Below, piece by piece: positions 10,886 to 22,800 of a stretch of 64,000 nucleotides of DNA (positions are counted from its first letter, which is position 1; each line of letters begins with the position of its first letter). Origin of the DNA: Podarcis muralis (lineage: Eukaryota); assembly GCF_964188315.1 (NCBI RefSeq), contig NC_135658.1, positions 77,252,001 to 77,316,000 on the forward strand, written 5' to 3'. The notes beneath the pieces are model-generated. The model saw only the letters and a list, made by a program, of their open reading frames with translations, was not told the DNA's origin and did not search any database. The position numbers and the translations under genes are program-made.

Positions 10886-11829
10886 TAAATGCATAATTGG
10901 TAACATCATGGAAGGAGTTACCATACATCTTCAAAACTCTTCCCTGAAATATCCTCAGACATTTTTTAATTATTATATTTTCAGAGGAGAATTGGAGGGC
11001 TAAGCATGCCTCCCATCACCAATGCCATTATTTCAGCAAACACAGATTTGGGGACATGTAGTTCCCAGGATGTCTGGAAGTCTGAGGGGGAAATTAGGCA
11101 CCAGTCGAAACGCTATTGTGTGGCCTTGTGTGGCTTGCAGTTATAAGGAGGGTGGAGAATTCAGATATCCATTATTTCGAGAGGTACTCACACGATACAA
11201 TTTATCCCTAAAACTGATCCAAAATCTAATTAAACATTATTTTTAAATGAAGAAGGAAGAGGAGGTAGCCCTTGTGCTTTGTGAATGTAGAGAATATTAT
11301 CATGTGGACTAGTGTGCCTTGACTTTCCAACAACTAAACCATTGAGATCTATTTGTTTACTGTTATAGATATGAGCAGTATTACATATCAACATCGTGAG
11401 GGGTGAAGCATACACCTTCAAATCTCCCACTCCAAATCAAGAAAGAATGTAAATAAATCTATTTTAATTACAGGTGATTAATTAAAGCAAGACACCAGAA
11501 AAACATTAGTTTTAAAGCTCAAAAGATATATCAGTCTAGAGACGGTCATTTTTGCCCTTTCGGAGGCTGCAGCATCAGCTCTTGAAGGTGATTAAAAGCT
11601 GTATTCCAAGATTAAAGGAATTTGTTAAAGGTATTTTATTGGGAGGGCTCTTATTTAAAGAGGTACTTCAGGAAGTAATCAGCTGTTTTACGGTTCCATT
11701 GAGAAAGCTATTTCTCTGTCAGTATAACCTCAAATAATAAGCATATAATCAGTCTAAGAAATGAGATGTGTATAATATTTCAGAACAAACTGTGTGGAAA
11801 GCATCTTGTAGAGCTGCATAATATGCCTG

Positions 11830-11835
<6 letters not shown>

Positions 11836-11871
<36 letters not shown>
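11836..11871. repeat. (CA)n microsatellite
   Basis: Direct reading. Confidence 0.95.
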
Positions 11872-11875
<4 letters not shown>

Positions 11876-12212
11876 ATTAACATCAGGAGTTAGAAAGCCA
11901 TCACAAATTTTTCAGCAGCAAAAGACTGCAGGGAAGGAATGTACAGCAAATAATACTGAATACAGAAAATATTAATTTCATGTTTCCTTTATATACATAA
12001 TGGATAAGAAATGGCTTCTGATGGAGTTACCCACATTTATTTTTATACACACATATATTTTATAATTACTATGGTTGGGCAGTATGTCCAAATAGTTCAT
12101 AGGAAAAATAGGCAGTTTTCATTCAAAATTATTCTGACTGGGCATTGAAGACATTACTGTTGCATTACCTAAAGTGTAGAAAGCCTAAGTGTGAAAGCCA
12201 AGGTCTTTAGGT

Positions 12213-12243
<31 letters not shown>

Positions 12244-12577
12244 GTTTGTATTACAAATCCTTAAACTTCTGCTGGAGAACTAAACAAACTGCAGTGACCT
12301 TCAAGATAAAGCTCATACTTATTTTGAGTAATGCTGATTCTAAGAATGCCATGCTATGTGATTCTGTACATATGCATTTTGGATTTTCCATTCCATTCTG
12401 ACCTGAGATCATTTTGCTAGACCGGTCCAGAAAAAAACATAGAGAGTCCTCTAACTCTAACATTCTGGTGTAGCTTCCAGAAGCCAATATGAAGGCAGGC
12501 TCAGAAGTGCCAGAAAATTGGCAAAGGGTTAGTACCAGTGTAAACACTCAAAGGATTAAGTCACAGCTATGAGATCT

Positions 12578-12929
12578 GGACGCGGGTGGCGCTGTGGGTA
12601 AAAGCCTCAGCGCCTAGGGCTTGCTGATTGAAAGGTCGGCGGTTCGAATCCCCGCGGCGGGGTGCGCTCCCGTTGTTCAGTTACCAGCGCCTGCCAACCT
12701 AGCAGTTCGAAAGCACTCCCGGGTGCAAGTAGATAAATAGGGACCGCTTACTAGCGGGAAGGTAAACGGCGTTTCCGTGTGCGGCTCTGGCTCGCCAGAG
12801 CAGCGATGTCACGCTGGCCACGTGACCTGGAAGTGTCTCCGGACAGCGCTGGCCCCCAGCCTCTTGAGTGAGATGGGCGCACAACCCTAGAGTCTGTCAA
12901 GACTGGCCCGTACGGGCAGGGGTACCTTT
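12578..12929 (+). mobile_element. Sauria SINE, subfamily B
   Basis: Full length, TSD TATGAGATCT. Confidence 0.95.
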
Positions 12930-13038
12930 TATGAGATCTGGACCTATGGCTTGTATGCTTCACTCCATTTCCCCCAGCAGGTAACAACACCTTGGGTGTA
13001 CATTAGAATGGGAAAATGGCACAGGGTATGTGTGGAAT

Positions 13039-13252
13039 ACTTTGGCCACCTCGTGAGAAGAGAAGACTCCTTGGAAAAGACCCTGATGTTGGGAAAGATT
13101 GAGGGCACAAGGAGAAGGGGACGACAGAGGACGAGATGGTTGAACAGTGTTCTCGAAGCTAACATGCGGGAGGCAGTGGAAGACAGGAGTGTCTGGTGTG
13201 CTCTGGTCCATGGGGTCATGAAGAGTTGGACATGACTAAACGACTAAACAAC
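13039..13252 (+). mobile_element. BovB/RTE LINE 3' end
   Basis: YFGHLVRREDSLEKTLMLGKIEGTRRRGRQRTRW, (ACTAAACG/ACAAC) tail, 11-bp TSD ATGTGTGGAAT. Confidence 0.92.
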
Positions 13253-13639
13253 ATGTGTGGAATGGTTAAACCTATCTTTCTCCCCATACCCCCAATAATT
13301 GCTTAAGCAAACCGGCTGCCTACCAACAGTGGCTGAACAAAAGGAAAATATTGGGAGATCTTATCATAGTTCTCCCACATCATGAGTGATTTGGCTGTTA
13401 GACACCTTTCTGGAATGCAGCTTTAAACCCTATCAGATCACAAGACAAGTCTGGGTGCACAGTGGTTGCAATCCACAAATAAGCACTGAGGTAAGAGATT
13501 ATCTGGAATTGCATCCTAAAAGCTCTATGGGATCTTAAGAAGAGTCCTCCTCAGGGACTCATGGTTACATTTCCAGTTCTCCTTCCCCTCTTTTATCTGA
13601 GAACTGCTACTTGAAAATCCAAGTGATATATAGGTGAGG

Positions 13640-13860
13640 TTACAGAGGGCTTTCTCGGTAGTGGCACCTGCCCTGTGAAATGCCCTCCTGTCGGATAAAT
13701 AATTATGCAACCTTCCGTAGACATCTGAAGGCAGCCTTGTATCGGAGAAGCTTTTAACGTGAGATGTTCTGTTGTGGTTCTGTATATTCTGCTGGAAGCC
13801 GCCCAGAGTGGCTGGAGCAACAGGTCAAATGGGCGGGGTATAAATAACAAAATTATTTTT
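13640..13860 (+). mobile_element. L2 LINE 3' end
   Basis: AGGGCTTTCTCGGTAGTGGCACC...TGGAAGCCGCCCAGAGTGGCTGG...GGGCGGGGTATAAATAA. Confidence 0.65.
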
Positions 13861-13952
13861 ATTAAAGGTAATCAGAAGCACAATCTACCTTTCCTAATGA
13901 TTCAGAACAGGACTGGCAAAAAGAAGCACTTCTTCAAAGAGTACCGTATATA

Positions 13953-14194
13953 CAGTGGTACCTTGGGTTAAGTACTTAATTCGTTCCGGAGGTCCGTTCT
14001 TAACCTGAAACTGTTCTTAACCTGAGGCACCACTTTAGCTAATGGGGCCTCCTGCTGCTGCTGCACCGTCGGAGCACGATTTCTGTTCTCATCCTGAAGC
14101 AAAGTTCTTAACCCGAGGTACTATTTCTGTGTTAGCGGAGTCTGTAACCTGAAGCGTATGTAACCTGAAGCGTATGTAACCCAAGGTACCACTG
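13953..14194. mobile_element. Tc1/mariner (Tigger/pogo-type) MITE, family 1
   Basis: TA|CAGTGGTACCTTGGGTTA...TAACCCAAGGTACCACTG|TA. Same family as 16615 and 20971. Confidence 0.9.
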
Positions 14195-14381
14195 TAGTTA
14201 AGTTTTGGGATTTGCTGCCACGTGATGTAGTGCTAGACACCAATGCGCGTAGCTTAAAAAGGGAGTTAGTGCAAATTCCTAGAGGATAAAGCTCTACTAG
14301 TCACTATGGCTTGCACTATGCCAGTATGCCTCTCAACACCAATTGCTGGGGAACTTGGGCAGAGAGAGGGCTATTGCATTC

Positions 14382-14747
14382 TGAAATATACTCGGAGTCG
14401 AGAGTGGATTTCATGCTCTTTATTCAGCTCATGGTGGTGAGGAGGAATGCAAGTTCCCCCACAATATCTGCTTTATATGCATTATTTACACAATGGGCTG
14501 CACGTGGTTGGCTAATTCCGGGATTCTCCTGTAGGCCAATCAGGTTGCGGATTCACTTCCACCTGGAGCTGGATTGGGTGGCTCCTGCTGACCAATCATA
14601 CTGCTGCATTGTTCTAGGACCAATCAGACTGCTGAATTCTGAATCCTATGGTTCTAGGACCAATCAGACTGCTGCATTTTGGATCCTATTGTTCTAGGAC
14701 CAATCAGACTGCTGCATTTTGGATCCTATTCAACTCAGTACATAACA
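14382..14747 (-). mobile_element. Solo LTR with tandem CCAAT boxes
   Basis: TG...CA ends and perfect 5-bp TSD CATTC. Minus-strand AATAAA (14419-24) and TATAAA (~14472-77). ~40-bp CCAATCA-containing repeats. Confidence 0.88.
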
Positions 14748-15640
14748 CATTCAGATCCTGCTTTTGGGTTGGCCACTGTGAAAACAGGATGCCAGACTAG
14801 ATAAGCCTTTGGTTTGATCCAGCAGGACTCTTGTGTTCTTAACGGCTCTGTCCTGTTGAAACGCCACATGCCTCCATGGCTCTATTACAGAAAAGACTAA
14901 TTTGATCCAGGGAAGAAATGACACTATAAGAAAGTACTGCTATCATCCAATTTCTTATTTAGGAGTAAAGTACATGTCTCTGTTGTTTTTTTTATAAGGA
15001 AAATGCTGTAGCACTGTGAGCGGGGAAAAAGGAGATCATTATCAGGTGAAGATGAAGAAATGGGCCTGCCAAGATTGGAGGGGAAATTCCTGTATCAAGA
15101 CAAGAGTAATAGGCCTATCAAGAAAAGTGGCAAAGAGACAATGGACGGAGATGTGGAAGGAAAAGCCCTGCCAGAACCACCATTCAGTCCCTCCTTATTC
15201 AAATGTCAAGAGAAAGCAGCAAAGGAAATCATAGGATTTCAGAGAACCAAAGTTACAGATGGGGCATGCATACGACAGTATAACGTCTTTATCAGAATCA
15301 TACTGTTTTCAGAAGGAGAGGCAAAAAGATTTGAGAATTGTGTGGTTTTATCATTTTGGCTTAGGATCTGTTTGGTAGAGAAGAGATGAGAGTTAAGAAT
15401 CCCACCAACACAGAAGCTGGAGGGCCACAGGTCTTTCTCTCCTGCTGCTGTATGAGGTAACTGACCTCTGAAATCAACAGTGACCTGCGGCTTCAGAATT
15501 CTAGAAGGGGCCAGGCACGGATTAGATCCAGAGAAGAAACTCTATGACCTCCAATACAAATTGGAGGTCACCCATCTCCACTGTTTTGTAGCCTAAACAT
15601 CATGCAGTTTTTCTTTTATTCAGTGTCACAAACTTGTAAT

Positions 15641-15860
15641 TCCAGTTACAGATAGGTAGCCGTGTTGGTCTGCCATAGTCAAAACAAAAAAAATTCCTTC
15701 CAGTAGCACCTTAAAGACCAACTAAGTTAGTTCTTGGTATGAGCTTTCGTGTGCATGCACACTTCAGGTATCTGAAGAAGTGTGCATGCACACGAAAGCT
15801 CATACCAAGAACTAACTTAGCTGGTCTTTAAGGTGCTACTGGAAGGAAATTTTTTTGTTT
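15641..15860 (+). mobile_element. Non-autonomous Neptune-type PLE-derived fold-back element
   Basis: GTAGCCGTGTTGGTC terminus, 84-bp inverted arms with 2 mismatches, 11-bp TSD AAACTTGTAAT (15630-40 / 15861-71). Confidence 0.8.
15767..15806 (+). ncRNA. Minimal type I hammerhead ribozyme
   Basis: Stem I GGTAT/ATACC, core CTGAAGA-A, stem II GTGTG-CATG-CACAC, GAAA, palindromic AGCT stem III, predicted cleavage after C15801. Confidence 0.85.
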
Positions 15861-16614
15861 AAACTTGTAATGTTACATTTATGTAAAAACAATAAAACAT
15901 TGTTCTTTTTCTGTGCCAAGCATATTTTTTTTATCCTAATTCCTGTACACTTGAAACAGAGAGAAATCCTCTGATCCAGATATTGCATTCTTGATCATTA
16001 ATTCTCTCTAGGCTTGCAATCCTAGTAGGGAAGAACCTGAAATTGAGGTCTGTAGAAAGGGCATTTGAGTAAACCAAAACCAGTGTACAGAGCTCACAGA
16101 TAGGTGTGGTGTCATTTCTGAAAAGTCAAAAATATTCAAAGTAATCAAGGAAATTCCACATTGAATAAATGTTGGTTTTTATCAGTGCATGCAAAAGAAG
16201 TGGCAGTTTTTAAACTAACTACCTGCGTTTGAAATGTTTCCCATTAACACAGGCACATTTGAATTTGCAGCTGGCTTCCCTGGCAAGAGGGGCAGCCTAT
16301 ACAGCAATTGGAATGACGAAAGCGTTGCTGGATGTAATATGCACTGGCCATTCTTTCTAACGGGAAAGAGGTTTGCACTCAACATCCCCAGACAGAGATT
16401 GTACACTACATTTAGCTGCAATTATGCAGTTAAGATGCCAACATCTTCTGGAAAAGGGAGAGTGAATATATTGGAAATAGTGACGTGGTGTTTGGCTGTA
16501 GATTGGATAGCAACTGATTGTGGGGGTTTTAGATTTCATGTTACTGCTTCCCCATCTGTCTGTAGGTTAGAAGGCATGTGCTCTCTGAGCCAGAGCCTTT
16601 GATTTATTATTTAA

Positions 16615-16856
16615 CAGTGGTACCTCAGGTTACAGATGCTTCAGGTTACAGACCCTTCAGGTTTCAGACTCAGTTAACCCAGAAATAGTACCTCAGGTTA
16701 AGAACTTTGCTTCAGGATGAGAACAGAAATCGTGTGGTGGTGTCGCGGCGGCAGCAGGAGGCCCCATTAGCTAAAGTGGTACCTCGGGTTAAGAACAGTT
16801 TCAGGTTAAGAACGGACCTCCAGAACGAATTAAGTTCTTAACCCAAGGTACCACTG
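16615..16856. mobile_element. Tigger-type MITE, family 1
   Basis: CAGTGGTACCTCAGGTTA...TAACCCAAGGTACCACTG|TA. Confidence 0.9.
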
Positions 16857-18169
16857 TATTTATTCAGTATATGCTGTTTTTCAACCTACAGGTTTCCAAA
16901 GCAGCTAAAGCCCAATAAAATTATTATTTTAAAAATCAAACAACTTAAATACATATGACGTCCCAGCAGGTTGCACCATTTTCTGGAGGTCAAATCAGGC
17001 ATTTGATTAACAGTTGCCACAACATTTTGGGCAGTATCTGACATTATTCATATATAGAGTAGATCTACTGAAATCAATACTGGATGTCACTCATTGCAGA
17101 ACTATGGATTCCAGAAGCATTTGTTCTTCACCTTGCTGCAGTTCCGTCTTGCAAACATGGATAAATCCAAGTCTGCTTAGCATACCATCAGTGGTAAATT
17201 GTTTGAAGATTTTGTTTTTTGGAATTTTAATACAGTACTGTATAGACATCATCTGCACTAAACATTTACACAATATACACTGTACTATACACACTATACA
17301 AGCAGTACTATACCAGTATTATTAACAGTATTATACCACTTTATACAGTCATGGGTCCATCCGTCCCCCCCGAATCCTGTAGTTTTTTAAGAGTGCAGAA
17401 AGTTGCTAGGGTCTCCCTCATCGCTCCACAGAGCCCCAATTCCCAGAGTTCCCTGGGCCGAAGGACTGAATGTTAGGCTGTTGTGTTGGTAATTAATGTT
17501 GAGTTACTATTAGTGGCTGTTTTTCCTTTTCAACGTTACATCACGCAAAAAAAAAAAAATGAATTTCAACTAAGTAGGGAAAGATGCTGACTTCATTACA
17601 TTTGGGCATTTTCCCAGAATGCCAACTGCCCCCAAGAAGAACAAATTTTATGGTTCCCGCAAGTTTGCATTCCTTCTTGCACATTTCCAGGTTTAACTCA
17701 GTCCTATACTCCTAGGCAAGTGCGAATAAGATGGCAGCCTTAATTTACCTTTTCCCAGCCTTGAAACTAGAGTGTGTGTCCTAATAAAATGAACAATAGC
17801 AAGACATGAAAAAGCATTGGAAGCACGTTCCCTACCCTCTCAAAGAATTATGGGAGCTGAAGTTCACCCTGCACAGAATTACAATTCCCAGTACCACTTA
17901 ACAAACTACTGTACCTAGAAATCTTTGAGAAGGGGGGCAGAAAATGTGCTTTGCATGCGTTTTAAAGACACAGTGTGTAGGTAGACACACCAGCCACCTG
18001 CAACCCTATCTACTTTTTTTATTGCAGAACTACTGAAGATACAGTCGGTTATCCGTAGATGTCCCTTAATGATGCTGAATATCCTACAGTTGGGAGATTA
18101 CACAGCAGCCACTCATTATTTTTCTTCTGAACATCTGGGCAACTGCGGACAGTCCTGAAAAAAAATAGC

Positions 18170-18850
18170 AGCCTTTCCTCCTTCCTCGGGGTTTTGCGGC
18201 TCTCCGGGGTTCAAAACAGAAACAGGCGAGCAAAATATATGTATGCTGCTCCCCTTCCCACTCAGACTTATGTTGCACGCGCGGCTACATAACTATTAAT
18301 GGCTTTGCCGCTTCACAGCTCGAGAGTCACATGACTCCTCCTGGGGGCGAAGCGTCCTCTCTCCTTTCTTCCTCCAACGCTCCCCCCCCCCGCCCGCTCG
18401 CCGCGTTTTGCGGCCAATCAGGCGCGACGTCTCCGCCGTCGTGCTGCTGCGTGTGCGACAGTTGGAGGGCCGCTGAACGGAATACGGCAGATAGGGGAGG
18501 GGTCTCTCTCTGTCTACCCCGCCCTCCTCTCCCTTAGCAAATATGGTAGTGGCGGCGGTTGGGCGCGTGCTGCTCGGGAGCGGTGCGTGGAGCGGGGCGG
18601 TGAGGACGGGGAAGCGGTTGGCGGGGCCGAAGGTAAGAGAGAAGGGAGGGAGGAAGAGAGAGAGAGCGCGTGCGGGGGGGGGGGAGGGGAGTAGCCGCTC
18701 ACGTAAAGAGCTGCCGGTTTCTGAGCGCTCGGCGGCGCATGCGCTGTGTTTTCTCTCCCCCCCCCACAAGTCCCATGTGAGGTAACTTCAGTCCCCGAAA
18801 TCTTTCTTTCCTCAATGTTCAGAAAACGTTGCTCTGTAGCCCGAAGTTGA
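18170..18850 (+). promoter_or_regulatory. CpG-island promoter of MRPS9
   Basis: GC- and CpG-rich island over exon 1. CCAAT box (GGCCAATCAG ~18411-20), E-box-like GTCACATGAC (~18326-35), NRF1-type palindrome GCGCATGCGC at 18735-44. Confidence 0.85.
18543..18632 (+). CDS. MRPS9: MRPS9 exon 1 (mitochondrial targeting peptide)
   Basis: Strong Kozak AATATGG. MVVAAVGRVLLGSGAWSGAVRTGKRLAGPK is Arg/Lys-rich with no acidic residues. Donor AG|GTAAGA, phase 0. Confidence 0.85.
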
Positions 18851-19015
18851 CTCGAGTCAAGTCGCTTCTCTGCCTTCCCACCTCTCATGCCTTTCAATAG
18901 GTTTATGTGGCAGGGCTGTGAAATGCCTGCAGTCGTACTTTGGCATTAAAGTCACGGCTCTCTCTACACAGACACACATATAGATACACACACCATATGT
19001 GTGTGTATATATAAT

Positions 19016-19367
19016 TAAAGGTAAAGGGATCCCTGACCGTTAAGGCCAGTCGTGAACGACTCTGAGGTTGCGGCGCTCATCTCGCTATATAGGCCGAGGG
19101 AGCCGGCGTACAGCTTCCGGGTCATGTGGCCAGCATGACTAAGCCGTTAATGGCAAACCAGAGCAGCGCACGGAAACGCCGTTTACCTTCCCGCCGGAGT
19201 GGTACCTGTTTATCTACTTGCACTTTGACGTGCTTTGGAACTGCTAGGTTGGCAGGAGCAGGGACCGAACAATGGGAGCTCACCCCGTCACGGGGATTCG
19301 AACCGCCAACCTTCTGATCGGCAAGTCCTAGGCTATGTGGTTTAACCCATAGCGCCAACCGCATCCC
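19016..19367 (-). mobile_element. Sauria SINE, subfamily A
   Basis: Reverse full-length copy between TA/CA tracts. Confidence 0.93.
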
Positions 19368-19404
19368 TCATATATATATACACACACACACACATATATA
19401 TATA

Positions 19405-19639
19405 TAGTCATACCTCGTGTTTCGTTAGGTTCATGTTGCATCTTTTCGGCTTGCGAACGCGGCAAGTGTATATTTCCGGGTTTCACCGCATGCGCACATG
19501 CGTTCTGCGCACTTCGCACATGTGCAGAAGCACTCTATCACGCTCCACACTTGCGCAGAAGCACCGCTCTAGTTGCGCACTTTTCGGGGTGCGAACGGCA
19601 CCCCAGAACGGATTGTGTCCGCAACTAGAGGTACCACTG
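19405..19639. mobile_element. Tigger-type MITE, family 2 (GCGCATGCGC-rich interior)
   Basis: (T)AGTCATACCTCG...GAGGTACCACTG|TA. Related to 41165-41425. Confidence 0.8.
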
Positions 19640-19761
19640 TACACCCAGTCAGGTGGGTGGGGTACAAATAAATTATTATTTACACACACACACATATACA
19701 TGGCTTCTGTGCTGTTAGGATAGGAGTTGGGCCTGCAGTCACATCTGGAAGACCATACGCC

Positions 19762-19985
19762 TTCTTTATTTTATTTTATTTTATTTTATTTATACTTTTC
19801 AGATATATACATTTCACTGTTTTTAAAATCATTTTGACATTTTAAAACTTGACTTCCTTCCCCCCTCTTTCTGCGGTTCCTTAAATTTATTTTTAATATC
19901 TTACACATATCCAAATTAACTTATTTATTCACCTTCTTTAAATATATGTGCTTATGTAGCAGCAGGTTATTACAATAAGGATTAT
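19762..19985 (-). mobile_element. L1-type 3' UTR fragment
   Basis: (TTTTA)n tail followed by GACTTCCTTCCCCC...GCGGTTCC. Confidence 0.5.
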
Positions 19986-20970
19986 CACAAGTGATTCCTG
20001 TAATTGTGCATTGCAACAAGGTAAAATAATGAAATGCAATTAAACCATATAGGCTCACACTAATGAGAGGAGCCCAACACTACCCAGAGGGTCACAGGCA
20101 GAAATGACACGGGTGAAGTTCATTCTCTTTTTGACGATGTATTTAATAAATAATAATAATCCAGCGACTGCCTTGGAATCTAATGGAAGAAATTGGAATT
20201 GTAGCCTGAAGTAATAAATTGCTTCATCTGTGACACTTGGATTCAGGAAAACTATTCTCAGTCCTAAATAAGGAGGGTCTGTGTGGTATCATGGGTAGAG
20301 TGTTGGATTCTGACCAGAGAGACCCAGGTTCAAATCCCTGCCTGGCGATGAGCTCACTGGGTCACTGTCCTAATCTGCAAACCAAATGTTTTAAGGTATA
20401 AGGGCAAAGGTGTGTGCATGTTTAGCCCTGATTTCATTGGAAGAAGAATAAGGGGCGGGGGGGAACATCATGAATCATAATGAATAATAAATGTGGTGGT
20501 TCTTCTTGTGAATATGTATCATCTGTTTGGGTATACTTTGCTCCCAACTACAGATAAATTCTCAGCTGGGCTCTCCCATCAACCAGTTTCAGTTTTGCAT
20601 AGTTCAGCTGCCACCACATCATACCCTGGCAGGGTCAGGAGCCCCCTTGATCTCAAAAAAACTTAACTAATTAATGAATTATACCACCCTCTACCCGCAG
20701 GTCTCAAGGTGGTTCACAGAATAAAATCAAAATATAAAACCACCAAATACATAATCAAAATAAAAACAACAACCCAATAATCCCCCCTAAACCCCCCTCC
20801 CCATTTTAAAAGAGCATAGGATCCTTAAATCTATAAGCTGATTTGAGAAGAAAGTGGGGAAGATTTGTAGGAGAGGAATCCCCAATAAGGTTCACGGAAG
20901 AGCTGTAACTAAACAGCCAAATGGGTTTCCGGTAGTTAAATGCAAAGGGTAAAGATAAGCATAGAAAGTA

Positions 20971-21212
20971 CAGTGGTACCTCAGGTTACATACGCTTCAG
21001 GTTACATATGCTTCATGTTACACACTCCTCTAACCCAGAAATAGTGCTTCAGGTTAAGAACTTTGCTTCAGGATAAGAACAGAAATCGGGCTCTGGCGGC
21101 GCGGCGGCAGCAGGAGGCCCCATTAGCTAAAGTGGTGCTTCAGGTTAAGAACAGTTTCAGGTTAAGAACGGACCTCCAGAACGAATTAAGTACTTAACCT
21201 GAGGTACCACTG
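20971..21212. mobile_element. Tigger-type MITE, family 1
   Basis: TA|CAGTGGTACCTCAGGTTA...TAACCTGAGGTACCACTG|TA. Confidence 0.92.
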
Positions 21213-21481
21213 TATAACCATGCAGAGTGGTCTCTTGAAAAAAGATTGAGTGCTGCCCTTCCAGTATAATAGGGCTTGTGCTGGATCTGCTGGCTCCTTT
21301 GAAAGCCACCTCCACCAACTAGCCTTGCAAATTTCCAAAACAAGCTAACTGCAGTTGAGAGCAATGTTCTTCTCCTGCTTCCAGTCTCTGTTGTAGAGGG
21401 AGCTTCCATCCTGACAGGCAGCTCCTAAGGCCAAGCTCTCAAGCCTGCCAGAGTACTTCATTGCAACAGAGGATGCATTTA

Positions 21482-21821
21482 CAGTGGTGCCTCGCAAGAC
21501 GGAAAACTCGCAAGACGAAAGGGTTTTTTGTTTTTTGAGCTGCTTCGCAAGACGATTTTCCCTATGGGCTTGCTTCGCAAGACGGAAATGTCTTGCAAGT
21601 TTGTTTCCTTTTTCTTAACACCGTTAATACAGTTGCAATTTGACTTCAAGGAGCAACTCATAGAACGCAGTGTGGTAGCCTTTTTTTGAGGTTTTTGAAG
21701 ACTTTGGTCATTTTTGAAGCTTTTCCAAAACTTTTCCGACACCGTGCTTCGCAAGACGACAAAAATCGCAAGACGACAAAACTCACAGAACAAATTAATT
21801 TCGTCTTGCGAGGCACCACTG
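21482..21821. mobile_element. Tigger-type MITE, family 3
   Basis: TA|CAGTGGTGCCTCGCAAGACG...CGTCTTGCGAGGCACCACTG|TA with internal CGCAAGACGA repeats. Confidence 0.92.
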
Positions 21822-22339
21822 TAATTGGGGCTATTGAGGCATCTTTTTCTTTGGTTGGGGCTATCTTAAACACAGGCTTCTGTCTCTTGTAACTGAAAAA
21901 GCAGGGGGGACACCCATTTCAGGTTGCAGAAGTTGCAAGTGCAGGTCATGCCATTGCTCACCTGCACACCTGCTCCACTAGGCAGAGGAGAAGCCAGAAT
22001 TATACCGCAAAGTACCAATACCAAGTTTAGAAGCCAACTTTCCTTTGCTGCAATATATGGCATCTATACAGCACAGAAGAAACCTGGTTATCATTATGCA
22101 AAAAGGACTTGGGATAATCCAAGGTGTGAGACAAAAGGGTCTGTACTTGTATAGGACACAATTGAACAACATGTATCATTATTTACTAAAATCACATTGC
22201 ACAAAATACAGTAGGGAGATAGAACTCATTGAACAACAGCCGTCAAAAACTGTATCTACTGTGTTAAAGATGCGGGAATGTAATGAAGCCCACTATTTCA
22301 CCTGATTTTATCAGACTTTGACATTTGATGCTGGAAAAA

Positions 22340-22800
22340 CAACCTAATTAGATAGAAAGATTAATAAAAACCAGAAATATGATCAATTACTCAACAATTA
22401 GAAACTATTTGCATCCCGAGAATTTATTATGGTTTAAATACTTCATTCATATACACTGTTGTTACATGACGTTTAAGAGATTCTTAAGAGATTTAAAATA
22501 ATTTTATATTTAATAGGTTCTTAAGAGATTTAACAGTTTGAGGAGACTGTCCTAAAAAAGATAAAAGTTGACTGTTTTGAATTTATTTTGTGATACAGGG
22601 GTATGATTGTGAATGAGAACAGGTTGAGGATTACATGATTAAATGGGTGCGGGATACTGGAAATATGATCCCCATGGAAATCAGGAAATTGCTAGAGTTC
22701 ATTCTTTTTGTTAAATCAAACTATAAGAGAAAACTGCTTCAAAGTAATGTCAAGGTGGTATTTAACTTTGGTTGTACTAAGTGTGATGAATAAGGATAAG
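22340..22800 (+). mobile_element. Decayed L1/Tx1 ORF2 C-terminal remnant
   Basis: IKWVRDTGNMIPME and IRENCFKVMSRWYLT match the L1 ORF2 pattern ...W..D.G...RE...K...RWY.TP. Confidence 0.6.

Noticed and set aside
15016-15389. Purine-rich ORFs faintly resembling an RTE C-terminus
   Set aside because: Similarity is too weak to support by eye.
18331-18537. 68-aa ORF ending 5 nt before the MRPS9 ATG (possible uORF), and overlapping minus-strand ORFs
   Set aside because: GC-rich promoter sequence yields chance ORFs. The TSS is unknown and probably downstream of this ATG.
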